From: Lingula anatina
Lineage: Eukaryota > Animalia > Brachiopoda
DNA length: 64,000 nucleotides
NCBI GenBank assembly: GCA_051362555.1
Contig: CM120640.1
Coordinates: forward strand, 9,982,001-10,046,000
Direction of reading: 5' to 3'
In this document: one piece after another, positions 1-13,200 of the stretch
Position numbering within the stretch: the first letter of the stretch is position 1
How the letters are laid out: every line of letters starts with the position of its first letter
The notes under the pieces: generated by a model
What the model saw: the letters and a program-made list of their open reading frames with translations, nothing else
Database searches by the model: none
What the model was told of the DNA's origin: nothing
Program-made: the position numbers and the translations under genes

Positions 1-1
1 G

Positions 2-310
2 ATCGTTCCCGTAGGGCGATTACGTAAATTTCTCCAGAAGGAAGAGGAAAAACATCATGAACTGATCATTCGAAACAAACTTTCTCATTTCAAGACTGTG
101 TCAGACAAAAAGTTGCAAACTATAGACGACAGACTACAAACAAGTTCTTTTAAAGCACCGCGTGCGAAGTCAGCGTTTGCCTTGTCTTCATCCGATTTCG
201 AGAGACGTAAAAAAATTCGATTTCGTTCAAAGTCGGCTCCATTGAAAACAACTCCCTCCACGCGTGAATCGTTTTGGGATGTAAAACATAATAACCTTTT
301 TCTTGATTGA
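2..310 (+). CDS. Probable 3' end of an unidentified protein-coding gene (partial, open at window start)
   Basis: Frame 2 is open from base 2 to TGA at 308-310 (IVPVGRLRKFLQKEEEKHHELIIRNKLSHFK...RAKSA...RSKSAP...NNLFLD*), followed by AT-rich sequence with AATAAA at 481-486. No family recognised. Confidence 0.5.
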   Translation: MVPVGRLRKFLQKEEEKHHELIIRNKLSHFKTVSDKKLQTIDDRLQTSSFKAPRAKSAFALSSSDFERRKKIRFRSKSAPLKTTPSTRESFWDVKHNNLFLD

Positions 311-3300
311 TTGTTTTGTGTAAACGTGACATTAGATGTACAATATAAATTGAATTCATATTTTTTATTGAAGTCATGATTTCAGATAAACGTGCATTAT
401 TATATTCAACTCGACTAAAAAAAGTCCTATCAAGATATTCTATTTTGCGTCTGTGTACTTCATCATCTGTTAGTTTTTCAAATAAAATCAAAATAATATT
501 ACAGCTTTTAGGCTTTTCAGCAGACTAAAATACTATGACCGCACATTCGTTTATTCACACACCCAAACACAGAACTAACCAGACGGTACCACACGCACGT
601 TTGTAAACTCGCTCGACAGTATTTTAGTAACTGTTTATGCATATAGAGGGCTCTGGTTTTCTCTAACTTACTGCTGCCTCAACCAGGCACAGCGGCACAG
701 AGGTGGCATTACTCTCCGATTTCAATAACACAGATTAGCCTTTGATAAATTATGTTGTTATGGATTTTGCTGAGAGTTTAGAACATAATATTAACCGACA
801 CACTGTTGAAATTATCCCCAGTTTATGTCTTCAGTCAAAATAAAGTATATTTTGCTCGACTAGAGTAAACCCAGCTCCCATTTGCCGTTCCCCTGGAGAT
901 GGAGGGGTTTTTGCATTAAAAGAGACAAAGTGATATAAATTTATCAAAATTGGCCCATGTCGTGTGGAGCGTGGGCTCTTTCTATTAGGTGCCTATACTT
1001 GATCGACTTGCATAAAGACTGATCTGCAATTATTCAACTTTTTTTCCAATTATTCTAATTCAAATAAAGTTTTGAAATACAAATAAATTTCAAATCAATA
1101 CTGTTGGCTCTGTTCCACTTCGTCTTTTCCACGGTGAGCATAAAAACGTCCCACGGTTTATTATTATAGAAAAATAAATAAAGGAAAAAGCTCCCGCATT
1201 TGGGTTTTAAATGTTAGTGCGTTAGGTATGCTTTTCAGGTCGGATGTGCGAGGGACTCCGGTCCTTGTAATGTACGCCTGTCTGATTGTGTTAGGATTGA
1301 ACTTAAATTTGATACGAGCAAAGTCTATTGCCAGGCAGTGTAGTACGCTCTAGGACTGGAGAAGGGAAGGAAGGGCAGGGAATTACTCTTACAGTTATCA
1401 GGTATAGTTGACCGAATTTTCTGTCTCTCCGCAAGCCTTGAATTGAAATAAAATATATTTACTGACCGTGTTACGCACGCGTTACGCTAGTCACGCTCTG
1501 TAAATACATTATGGGGGAAAACTGCGTACACAGTGAAAATTCGGTCTAATATTTCTTATTTACACCCGTTTACTTTATTAGAGTGAGAAAATAATGTAGC
1601 AGATAGTAAAGAACAGGTGAGGTCGTTCCTATGGGATTAACGAGAGCCTCCAGAGATAAGATCTAAATTCAATTTCAAACAAAAGGCAAAAATATCTCCG
1701 GCTAGAGTTGCAGAATTTGATTAGGAAATGAGAAGGGAGACCAACTGATTAACTTACGTTAACTTAAGTCCTTAGGAAAACAAAACCATATAGTTTTTCT
1801 CCGTATACCTTGTTCGTTTAAAACGCACTGCATACCGATGTAAGCCTATAAGACAACACGCCTAGCATACTTGGGAGGTATGGAGATATTGGAGCAAGGG
1901 AAAGTTGGTAGACTAGTCGGCTGTCTTGCAGCTCTAGGATACATATATATGCATTACATGTAGAGAAAGTGATTGGCAGGAGTGGTGAACAAAAAACCTT
2001 CTTAACAGATATAAGAAGATTGTTGTTCAGCAGTTTGGTAGATACGAATGTAGCAACTGTTTTGGAGATAGCGTAACTGTCAGGGAGGATGGTTGTTATC
2101 AAAACATTTTGGTAGATTTTCATAGCTACAAATGTTTTTTTCGTTTCAGAATTTTAGGTATATAAACAGACATATTTGATATTTGACCTTTGTGTATATT
2201 AGGAGTCCAGCCAGGATATTTTCAGCAAACCAATCACTCATTGGGCATTTTTGTTGCAGCAGTGCATCTAGGAGCTGAATAAACAAGTACATATACAGTT
2301 GAGGAAAAGATATACAGATTTTCCTCTTCCAAGTGGGAGGATATATCGAATTTTGGTAAGTGTTGAAAATCAAGTTGTGAAAAAATGAGGGATGTATCAT
2401 TAAGCAACTGGAGTTATAAATGAAGCATGTTTTTGTTTGTATCTGATAATTTAGGCAAAAGATGTGGATTTGATCATAGGCTTGGAAGCCAAGTGTAAGC
2501 TAAGCACAGTAGTACTGATTTGTTTGTTTGTTGGCAAGATCTGAAGGATGGGTAGTATTGATACTGACTTATGTTCATCTATCATCTATTACAAAACCAT
2601 ACAGTTCTGGGTTTTTAATTTATGTGTCTTGACTACTGTTTATATGAAATTTAATACAGGAACTGATCCTTTGACAGTCATTTATTTGTGCTGTACCTTT
2701 TGAATTGACAGTTTAGATGGTGTATTGCACATGGGAAATATGATGTCACAGACCCCCTGCTGGAACTAATGAATTTCTGAAGTATGAAACTTCAACCTGG
2801 AGCATAGAGAACATATGTTACTTTACACCCTGAGTTCACTTGATAATGGATGTTATGTTTCAGTTTCCATACCTTCTTGTCAGGTGATGGTGATGAGTTA
2901 TGCAAAGAAATTTAAGAGAAGGAGGCTTCATGTCTCATAAATCTTACTGGTTGTTGTAAAGATTTGAGATAAGACAATTTTTCCACTGTCCAGCAAGAAT
3001 TTTTGCATTGGATTTTTTTATCACTGTCTCTACAGGCAGTATAGAATAGCATTAAAGGGGGAAAAGGGGAAGATCACATTATTTATTACATAATTTTATA
3101 AAGTCTCCTCCATACACATGTTCTCACACATGTACATGTATATTAACACAGAATTAATTGTACCCTGAAATTCAGAGTTAAAAAGTGCTTTATGTAAATT
3201 TCATAATTGCATAAGTGAAATTCATTCCAATAGTCGTTACTTTCTTGCCATGTTTCACAGGGTACATGATTACGTGTGTTATCAGGTGGGCCTGTGGTTT

Positions 3301-4272
3301 GTAAATAATTGAGTTTTTGAAAAAGTCTGTATTGCAGACATTGTATTGACTCTAGGAACGTAAAGCATGGTCATGAAATCATTCACTGTCTGCTTGTTTC
3401 ATTTTGGTTCACAAATTACTATTATTGCTTCACTTGTTTAATAACACCAGTTTTTTTTTATCCTGTGTAAGATCAGTGGAGCACTACCAAGGGTCAGGGT
3501 AGCATGGTTTTGGCTTTAATAAATTAGGTGTTTTTTATCTTTCATCAGATCAATGGAATATTTTTTTCTGAATCTCATCCAATTGTTTGGTCAAATCAGC
3601 AAAAGTTTTATTTCCAATTATATGCATCAGTGGTCAAAGTCAAAACTTTTACCCCCAGGTTTTTTGTATTATGATGAGGGTTTACAGAATGATGAAAGCT
3701 GAACGGGTAATTGATTTTTTGCACTCTCAGTTGAATCTTGTAACTGCTAGGGTATTATGATATTGTTTATGCAATAATTTAACTTGTTCTCTTGGATTCC
3801 TGCTTGTTTGAACAAGGTAAGAGGTTGTTATCATTATTAATTTGAAAATATACACGTTATCGCATCATTCCCCCCTTCCCCTCAGTGTTATGCAGTCAAA
3901 CTAAAACATGTTTAGCTTCATACCTTTTTCACCAAATAAAGAATAGTTTTAAAATATCACTGCACTATTTTTGCAGATCTTTAGAATTAAGCGAAAATGA
4001 ACTTTCCCTTCTATACATCCCATTTCAATCAAAGCTGTCATCTCTACTCTTAATCCAGATAGTTAACATGGAAATAGTATCTCCATTGATATGCTTGAAA
4101 ATTTGGAAAATATGTGTGATGCTTAATCAATATTTCCTGTAATTTGTAATGGATAAGATGTAGAATTATACATATATATTGTGGGCACAGAATGATTCTA
4201 GAAATCAGTACACTGACAACAAAGGTATAAAGTGTAAAAGAGATAAATGTTTGAATGAAAGTTGATGGGTTT

Positions 4273-4403
4273 CAGGGGCGGATCTAGGATTATTAGAAGG
4301 GGGGTCTGCGGATGCGAATCCGCCCCCCCCTCCCCCAAGAGGTGACCAGAAATCAAAGGGGAGGTTAGGACCCCCTTGACCCCCCCTCTAAATTCCGCCA
4401 CTG
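4273..4403. mobile_element. Short non-autonomous TIR element (MITE) with CAG...CTG ends and 5-bp TSD GGTTT
   Basis: Left end CAGGGGCGGATCTAG; reverse complement of right end CAGTGGCGGAATTTAG; GGTTT at 4268-4272 and 4404-4408; GC-rich island in an AT-rich background. Confidence 0.75.
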
Positions 4404-6260
4404 GGTTTATATTTGAAATATTGTAGATGATTTTAGGAGTGAATTGTATGGCCATGTCTGAGTCTTATAAATATGCTTGACTGTTTGTATTATATGTAAA
4501 ATGGATGTCACAATTATTTATAAAATGTGAAAAAATATGTTGATAATTGACTGAACATTCATTCTCCTCATTTCTTAAAGTCTCTCTAATGTTGTTGAAG
4601 TGAATTGAATTTGTGTTGAGATTTGCACAATTGCAGCTACGTTATTCACTCAGTAACATAAAAGAAAGAGCAGTCACACAGTTATACAAGTAGCAGTATT
4701 ATTTCACAGTTATTTTGGTTTGCCCGCATCTGGCTTTGTCTGGATTAGAAGTCGATCTGGGGTGACAGGAATGTTTGATTACTTTGTGGTTAAACCATAT
4801 TTATTTTGTAACACTTATAACATCCATGCTCCCAACACCCACAGGTTAATACCAACAACTGAGCTTGTGATTCATTGGTCATGTGTACCTTTGGAATCTA
4901 GAAAAGTTCACTTGGCAGACTGATTTGTGTTTGTTAAAGTTTTACCAGTAGGTCCTTTTTCACACAGTTGGGGGGGAGGATGTACTTATCTGTGTTGCAA
5001 TATTTTTTCTAGTCTTAACATTTGATTATGGTACAGAGGGTTTGCTCATTTTCACAAGTTTTCCCTCACTGTTTAGACTAATAAAAATGAATCTGGTGTT
5101 GGGCTCATCATATGTAATGATGGGTTGAAAATCTGGACTGTGGGGAGTGCAGAAGGGTGAAGTATTGGGGGGGAGTCCATTTTGATGTAATAGTCAGAAT
5201 TTTATGTTTTGAATCTCTCAAAATGGTGAGAAACAGATAAGTGTATTGCATGATATAAAAAGGAAGTAAAACCTCCCATAATCTTGGGATAAGTCAAAAT
5301 GGTGCAAAAGAGATAAGGGTACCTCACAACATCAAAACAGCCTAGGCATTAGTGATGCTCTCATGCTCAGGATGATGTGTGAAGTTGTGGCTTGAACATG
5401 ACAAAATATTGACCCTTAGCTGGGTAATTAAGATGACAAAAGATAACTGTGGCTATTCTAGTAGTTACATTTCCTTTGTGTCTCTGTAATATCATATATA
5501 TGTGTATTGCTCATGGCTTGCTGTGCTTGATATGTCGACTTTGACTGCAAAGTCACATTATTGGCCAAAGGGATGATTGATGATTTAACTGTACTGCTAC
5601 AGTGGCGTTTTGTGCTAATGGCTATGTAATACTACAAACGTAATACTACTACGTGGTGAAAAGGTGTGTCTGAGTTCAGGTTGATGCTTTTTTAAAAATA
5701 ATTTCACTATTAAAATTTCCTTAAACATAGGCAAAATTTTAATAAAATTATTGAGAATGTATTACATATATTTACCTTTTGATTTTTTTAGCTGGCATGA
5801 AGTGTAAAATTGATTAACATTTAAATAAAATGATTGAGGACATAAAATTACTGCTAGAAAGTGTACTACAGTAATGCATAGCAACAATTTAAGGTACTCA
5901 AGACTTTCATTTGTTATGACAATATATGCACTCATTTAATGCATTTTAATGTGTACCTGCAAACAAAATAAAAGCTAAATATAGCTTAGCGCAAGTGAAA
6001 TGAAAAAAAACAAAAGGCTATAATTATCACACAAGTCTCATATATGTCCCAGCACAGTGTAGAGCCTCCTTATCACCAACTTAATCTAAAGAGATTGGAT
6101 AAGCTCTCCCACATGAGTTCACCAATACAAAGCCTTCCCATGCCATCAGTGCTACCATTAGTCACAACATAACGTTTAAGAGTCAGGTCTGAAGTGGAGA
6201 TTGAGGAAAGTAAGCCGGGATAGAGTGGGGCAGAAGCTAAATAGGGTAGGTGTGTGTACA

Positions 6261-6430
6261 TTGTTACTCTGCCAAGGAAGGGGGTTATGTTTTCCTAGGC
6301 GTAGGTATGTCTGTTTGTTAGTGAACAAGATATCTGAAAGATGTTCTTCACAAATATTGAGGAGATTTTCAAAGTAGATAGTTATATAGGAGGGAGAAAA
6401 GTGATTACAAATTCAACAAAATTCTGGTCT
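6261..6430 (+). mobile_element. Degenerate 5' fragment of a Helentron/HINE-like element (different family from the main one)
   Basis: TTGTTACTCTGCCAAGGAAGGGGGTTATGTTTTC...GTCTGTTTGTTAG resembles the TTACCTCCGCCAAGGAGGTTATGTTTT...GTTTGTTAG 5' ends I recall for such elements; no 3' end seen. Confidence 0.35.
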
Positions 6431-8101
6431 CCCAATATTTTAAATAAACAATTTTTGTTGCCTTCTTCCTTGGACTGCTCTGTAGTTTAAAGCAATATTC
6501 TTGCGGGTGGTTTAGAAGTTTTTTGGTTGATTTTGTAAGCTGCTTGTTTGCCTTGTTAAGGTGATAGACACCATTAATACACTTGAACAGGTAGAGGGTT
6601 AGAATAATTTGCTTTTCATGATTCAGTTACTTAGGAACATACAACCTTAGTATTCAGACTAATCAGAAAGGGCCTCCTTTGTCTGAGTAGTTAGTTATGG
6701 GCCGTTAGTTATATGCAGTAAGTTCAAAGGGACAAAGAGTTGTATTTTGCTGTCTTTTACACTCAAATTTCCCTGTAAGGTTTTCTTGGCTTCTATGATG
6801 AAAAACATGCTACATGCTATTCAAATTACAACAAAACTAATTTGCCTGCTCAAAAACTGCATTTCATTGCAAAGTGAAATTAAGCAAAGAAAGAAATTGT
6901 CTTAGAACAATATTAATTTGGCATTTTTGAGTACTAATCCATTAAAGGGGTCAGTAAGTACTGAAATAATTATTAAGGATGCCGGAGAAAATGTTCAAGC
7001 AGTAATTTGCACACAAGCAACTGAATGTAATCAAGCAACAGTCATATCCTTTCACAGTTGAAATATTCAAGATCATGTGTTTTAACAACATTTTACCTTC
7101 AGGATTGGCTAGGTAGACACAACAATGTTGAACTAATATCAGTTTAAGCATTGGCTCTATGGCTGTAATTGCAAATTGGCAATATTGGTACTAATTGGTT
7201 CCTTGAAGTAAAAAAGGTGCCCGCACACAGTGAGTCTGCTGAGAAAACGGTTTCTTGGGACCAATTTGCTCACACAGTGTGCTCTACACTGAAAAAAGAG
7301 AGGTTGAACATTTTTTAGTCAGACAGATGGAGTGGTTCTGACACTGTCCAAACCAAGAAATGTTTTTGTCTGAGTAATGTCCCTTGCCATCTAATAGTCA
7401 TTTGTTGGTTTTAAAGTTCACCCAAACAAAACTCATTCATTACAACTATTACAGGCCAATAGAGGATATACATATGAATGAATTTTAAGTATTGATTTTG
7501 ATAAAAGTCAGTTGCATTGATGTCTGGGTCTCATCATATGTGAAATGATTTGAAAATAATCAGTGTGATTAGGAAGAGAAAGTTGTTTAATCTATCACCC
7601 ATGGGGCCTGATCACTAATTATTCTCAGGAACAGGATTAAATCAGCCTCGGTCATTAGCCTTAGCAATAGCTGGCTGTCATATGGCACTGCATATGAAAT
7701 GAGAGTTTAAGGCCCCATTCCCATAGACAATCATTGGTCTTTGTAGATCGATCCAACTCCACAGGGACTCTCACTGAAAGCCATCAGATGAACTTAAGAT
7801 CATTAAACTTTCTTGTACTTCTTAAAAATTGGTATAGTTATCAGTATATGTTTTAGGTTGTAAATATGAAAAATATCTGTAATAATTTTGCTTGGGAAAG
7901 CAGTAACACTAAATAGTTTTGATAAAACTACTGAAGAAATATAGAAGGATTTTAAGACTTATTTTGTTAGCAATATTGATGTCTGTAATAATATTGAAAG
8001 TAATAAAAATAACTGACAAGTTTAGTGCATCTGAAAAAAATCAATTCTACATTGTACAAAACTCCTGTAGTCTGCACACCCCTTTTGTTTGACATCAACC
8101 A

Positions 8102-8418
8102 CAGGCCTACCCAACTACCAGACTCGGCACCGAATGATCCTGAATTCACCGGTTGATCAGACCACACTACCCGTTTTCAAGGTGTGTGTCAGATCGCATT
8201 ACACAGTATCAGACGCAACACCGCTCTTGCCTAGTACGTGATGTGATGGTGACGATTCTCAGCGGGGTTGAAAACCATTGCATCACCACTCAAAATTTGT
8301 TCAGGGTAAGATACTGTGTAATGCGATCTGACACACACCTTGAAAACGGGTAGTGTGGTCTGATCTACCGGTGAATTCAGGATCATTCGGTGCCGAGTCT
8401 GGTAGTTGGGTAGGCCTG
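8102..8418. mobile_element. Young MITE with ~109-bp near-perfect TIRs and 5-bp TSD AACCA (hAT5-like)
   Basis: 8102-8210 is the reverse complement of 8310-8418 with one mismatch; termini CAGGCC...GGCCTG; AACCA at 8097-8101 and 8419-8423; CpGs intact. Confidence 0.92.
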
Positions 8419-10138
8419 AACCAGCTAGTTTAGAAATTACTACATGTAGCTCACATCCCAGTGAAACCATTTTATTCTGGATGCAGCAAAATCAGAATAT
8501 TATTCAGGGGACGTAAGAAGTTATTAATCCAATCTGAAATGGAAATGGCTGACTGATTTCCCTTGCAAAATATCAGTGCAGTGGTGCACATACAAAGTTC
8601 ATTATCTGCTGATATTGAAAGGTGCTTTGGTCTGGGGTTGAATCCCTTTTAACTGTGTGTGTTTCTCTCTCTCTCTCTCTCTGGTATATGGTTTAAAAGC
8701 GAAGTGACATGCAGATACAAATCAATGTCAGCATTCACAAAAAGAATTTTTTTACTAAGTGTAGATAGAAGAAATAAACTGATATAGTCAAGAGCTGGAT
8801 GGTAGTCTGACAGCTGTCCAAAATAACATGACACCAATGAAACGTACTCTGGTTGTTGGTACATTTTAAGAAAATGCATTGGTTGGAGGAGTAAAAAATG
8901 TTTTTCACTTGTATTTTAGCCCAGAAGAGAACCCAAGAGTGGTTGATGAGGTTTTTGAATTTTATTTTGGGTGTCATGTAGAAAAATATGTTTTCATGCA
9001 GATTTTTTTTATTTGTGGCAGGCTTTTTACTCAATTGTTTATTACTAATAAACTTTTTGATTCGATGGCTAAAAGAATGCAATTTTCAAGTAAATTAAAA
9101 ACATGTCTTTATTTAAAAAAAAGGAATCTATGTGGCATTAACTTAATCACTGATTCTTTTTTTAATTATGACATAAGCTCCTTGGTTTGGAGACTAACCA
9201 AATTTACAATCTATATCTGATGCAGAGAGTAAATCAAAATATATACATTGTCTTCAGAGTTGTATTAAGCTGTTGGAAGAAATGATGACAAACCTTCATT
9301 TATCTCATAAAGATATCTCCAGGAGTACCTGTGAGTAATCCTCTTCCTTTGATGTTTATGACACAATCATTCATCCTGTTCTCTATAGGAAGGGATATTG
9401 AAAATATACTTATATCTAAGGACCTGTGATTATTGCCTGAAACTTTCTAAATAAGAGAGAATAAAAATGAAAAGAATGAAAAAAGGTATCAAAAAGGAAA
9501 ATAAAGAAGTTATGATAGATGGAGGTGAAAAGAAAATACAAAAGAAAGAAAGAAAAAGAAAGAAAGAAAAGATGGACAAACAGACTGACTGATATGCTGA
9601 AGAAAGATGGGGAAATATTAGTTTCCACAGAATGATGACTTGAAAGTAATACCTTAATCATAATGAATTGCCATTCTTATTTCAAACTAGTCCCTAAATT
9701 TTGTATTCTCATTATTATAAATCAGAACTTTAATTAGTTGATTTTGTCTTGTCTACAGTAAATCCCTTGATAATTTCTGAAGACGGCAGTTGCATTAAAA
9801 TAGCATAAAGAAGTATCAATCTTTGCATACATTAACTGGTTTAGGGCTTATCAGTTTAAAGGTATATCCTGATTAAATGTCATCATTACTGAAGGCTTGT
9901 GTATGAAACGAAGCAAAGACAGCTTGTGTATAAAAATGAATATTTATCTTTTTTCTTACTCAGAACTGGTTTCCTTTATGCTCTCAATGAAAGTTGTAAT
10001 TCACTCATATTTTTGCTGCAACTGCAATGTCCTAGGCCACCAGTAAGTGTGTATGCTACTGCTAGAGAATAAGCTCAGAATAAAAAAAGTTAACTAATCA
10101 CTGTATTATGAAAATAACATTTTCAGACTACTTTGAAG

Positions 10139-10235
10139 ATGGAGAGAGTGGTTGTAGGTTTGCTACTGGTGTGCCTTGTTGTTGTCCAGGGTTCCCCTGT
10201 GTTGGAGCGTCAGGAGAGAGGTGCTGGGAGAAAAG
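10139..10235 (+). CDS. PTN/MK-like gene coding exon 1 (signal peptide)
   Basis: Acceptor TTTCAG ends at 10126, implying an upstream non-coding exon; ATG at 10139; MERVVVGLLLVCLVVVQGSPVLERQERGAGRK; donor G|GTGAG. Confidence 0.85.
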
Positions 10236-13200
10236 GTGAGCATTTGTGTGTGTTTTTATGTACAATGACTTAATTATGTATACAATTGTGTTTAAAGAAA
10301 TGGAAGAGGCACCTTACCCTCCCTCACTTTTAACATTTATGACTAATGTGGATAAAAAAGGGGGAAGAGGCTGAGCCCCCCCCCCCCCCACTCTAGCCCA
10401 CCTATGCCTAGGTACATAAATTATTGTTTTTGCAGTGTTCTTATTCATAAATTCCATTTACTGAGAACTAGTAACAATAAAACTTTTGGCACAACTTTGT
10501 GGCATGATTTTAACCAGTATTTAGCTAGAGCAGTGGTATATGGATATCTCATTATGACTTCATAAGAATAATATATCAATATTGTTGTCAAATTGTTTTA
10601 TGTGGAAAAGCATTTCTCTTACACCATGCTGCCAAAAAGGTGGTAAGGAAATGGAAATGAGTGTTCAATATATTTGATAAAAATTTGATTAGGCTTGTGA
10701 TGCCCATACTAAAGGGATGCAGGCATGAAGTTCTTGCTCCAAGTAATTTTGTACTCCCTTAGAGCTTCACTCTCATACACTTTTGATCACTCCTGAGGGG
10801 CATATGCAATAAGCTATGTGTTATTATTATAATCCCATTGACATTTGCTGGTGTCCATCCTTCTTCCATCAGGGATACCAAGTATAACCTAGTAATGAGT
10901 CTAAAATGAGCTGATCCAAGTTTGTACCATGTTTGTTTATATGTATAAGAGCAATATTTTGCCTGATGTGTTTCCCTCAATGATCAGTTGTTGGAACTCA
11001 TGGAAATGGGGGTTGATTTGCCATCTGAACTGAAGACAAATGAATTATTATGTACAGACACAGATGTGTCTGTACATATTGCCATCACCTGCGTCTGTCG
11101 TCGCCGATGGCGATGCCGTCGCCGTGCACTTTCCTTGTAAACACGATAAGTGGAAGGCAGTTTTACTTTTTGGCTTTATATTTACAGAGCTGATGAATAT
11201 TCATAAAACGCAGGTCAAGTTCGAAAATCAGCATGATCGGGCCATTATTGTAGAAGTTATGCTGTTTTTTCACTTTTCAGCATATATGCAACCTTGTAAA
11301 CACATTTTAAGGAAAACCGTTAGGCCTGTTGTCATGAAACTCACAGGAGTAATCAATATTACTAAAATGCAGGTCAAGTTCGAAAATCAGCATGATCGGG
11401 CCACTATTTTAGTAGTTATGCGGTTTTTTCATTGTTCAGCATATATGCAACACTGTAAACACAATATAAGAAAAACAGAAAGCCCAATTGTCATTAAACT
11501 CACAGGAATGGTCAGTCTTACTAAAACGCAGGTTGAGTTCGAAAATCAGCATAATCGGGGCATTATTTTAGAAGTTATGCTGTTTTTTCACATTTCTTCA
11601 GATTTCCTCAGATTTAATTCTTAGGCATGTTAATAGCCTTATTATTTAAGTAATAAGATACGTAAAAGTGTTTGTTTGACATTTCCTGCATCTTTACAAC
11701 ATTGCTAGTTGATTATGTAAAAATGATGGTAAACTTGTTATCGTTTATTGTGTAATAAAGTGTCAAAAATGGAAATAAACTCATATCATTGCAGTTTGTC
11801 AGATTCAATCATTCACTATGTTCAGAATCTCAGAATGGAAGAAATTGGACATTTAACACTGCTCTATTGATATTTTTCACATCTCATCAATTTTCTTAGT
11901 TGATCTTATAAAAATGGCAGTAACCTATTAATTTTGTTTTATGTTAAAAAAGTGTTAAAAATGGAAATAAACCCATTTCAGAACAGTGCAGTCTTGTTTA
12001 CATTTTGGCATCTTTAAGGCGTGACTTTGAAGTTCCATCGGCCTAAAAACCTTTGTTAGTCACGTTTACTATTTGTCCATGATACTAATATTTTATTATT
12101 AAAAATTGATGATCATTATGCTGTTAAACATTATGTAATATTGCATCAAAATTTGAAAAAAACCTATTTTGGGCACTGCTCCCATGATGACCATTTAAGA
12201 AAAACCATGTCATTTACTTTTCTCAAACTTACAGAAAAGAAACATGGGACTAAAATACAGCTTCAGTAGGAAATACAGTCTGTTTGGTAATTCTTACTGC
12301 CAGTTAAACAGTTATTTGGTGAAAATTTAATTTTTCACATTTTGGCATTTTCAAGGTATGACTTTGAAGTTCCACGGGCTTGAAGACCCATGCTAGTCAC
12401 ATTTTCTGAAAATCCATGATACGTATATTTTATTATTAAAAAATGACGGTCATTATGCTGTTAACCATTATGTAATATTGCATCAGAATAGAAGAAAACA
12501 CAATTTTGGGTGCTGCTGCCATGATGACCATTATGGGAAAACCATGTTACTTATGATTGCCAAACTTTCAAAAAAGAAATACAGGACTAAAATGCAGTCT
12601 GAGTTGGAAAAGCAGTCTAAGTGACTTCTTTTTCTGGAAGTTATACATTTTCAAAGTGTAAACTTGTCACATATTTTAATTACATTGGTATTACCTGTTG
12701 AGGATAATTTAAATTTGATGTTGAATTTGCAGTTTAACATAATGTATTTTTGCATCAGAATTGACAGTAGCCTATTTTGTGCATAGTTATTTCCTGTTTT
12801 TTGTCTGTACATTTGACAGCTTTGCTGCCTTGTGTTACTTGCTAAACTCCACTATAAATGGAGTCTGTTGCACTTGCTGTTCAAGCATTCAGGATAGGGT
12901 TTCAACAAATAACTTTGTCTTTTTATGCTTTTTTTCAAGTGTTGGGAAAATTGATAGACAGTGTCTTAATCAACTTATTTCTGTTGGATGACAGGATGAG
13001 AAAATGATGAACATTTCCATTAAAAGTGGAATCACTTGTGACAGTTGCAAGCAATGATGTGCACAGCATTGTCAAATCCTTTAATATGATAAAAGCTTAC
13101 TTCAAACCACGCTGGTATTCCTATTAGTTGCAACTATCATTCCTTTGGAATTTTAGTAGTGGTTTCCAAACAGAAGACAATCTCTGCTGACATTTCAGAC

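Noticed and set aside
150-491. 113-aa minus-strand ORF
   Set aside because: Non-ATG start, antisense to the more plausible + frame and its AT-rich 3' UTR, and no recognisable motif.
644-881. Loose inverted similarity GGGCTCTGGTTTTCTCTA / TAGAGTAAACCCAGCTCCC
   Set aside because: Too degenerate and no TSD to call a MITE.
3648-3710. ATGATGA...CTGA with TTACCC/GGGTAA flanks, like a C/D snoRNA
   Set aside because: Box C to box D distance is only about 30 nt and the terminal stem does not abut box C.
11040-11624. 194-aa ORF with 53-aa repeats, and related ORFs at 33029, 34051, 34448, 35397 and 37002
   Set aside because: They come from the 159-bp (53-codon) core of the HINE element; copies differ by frameshifts and stops, and no domain is recognisable.
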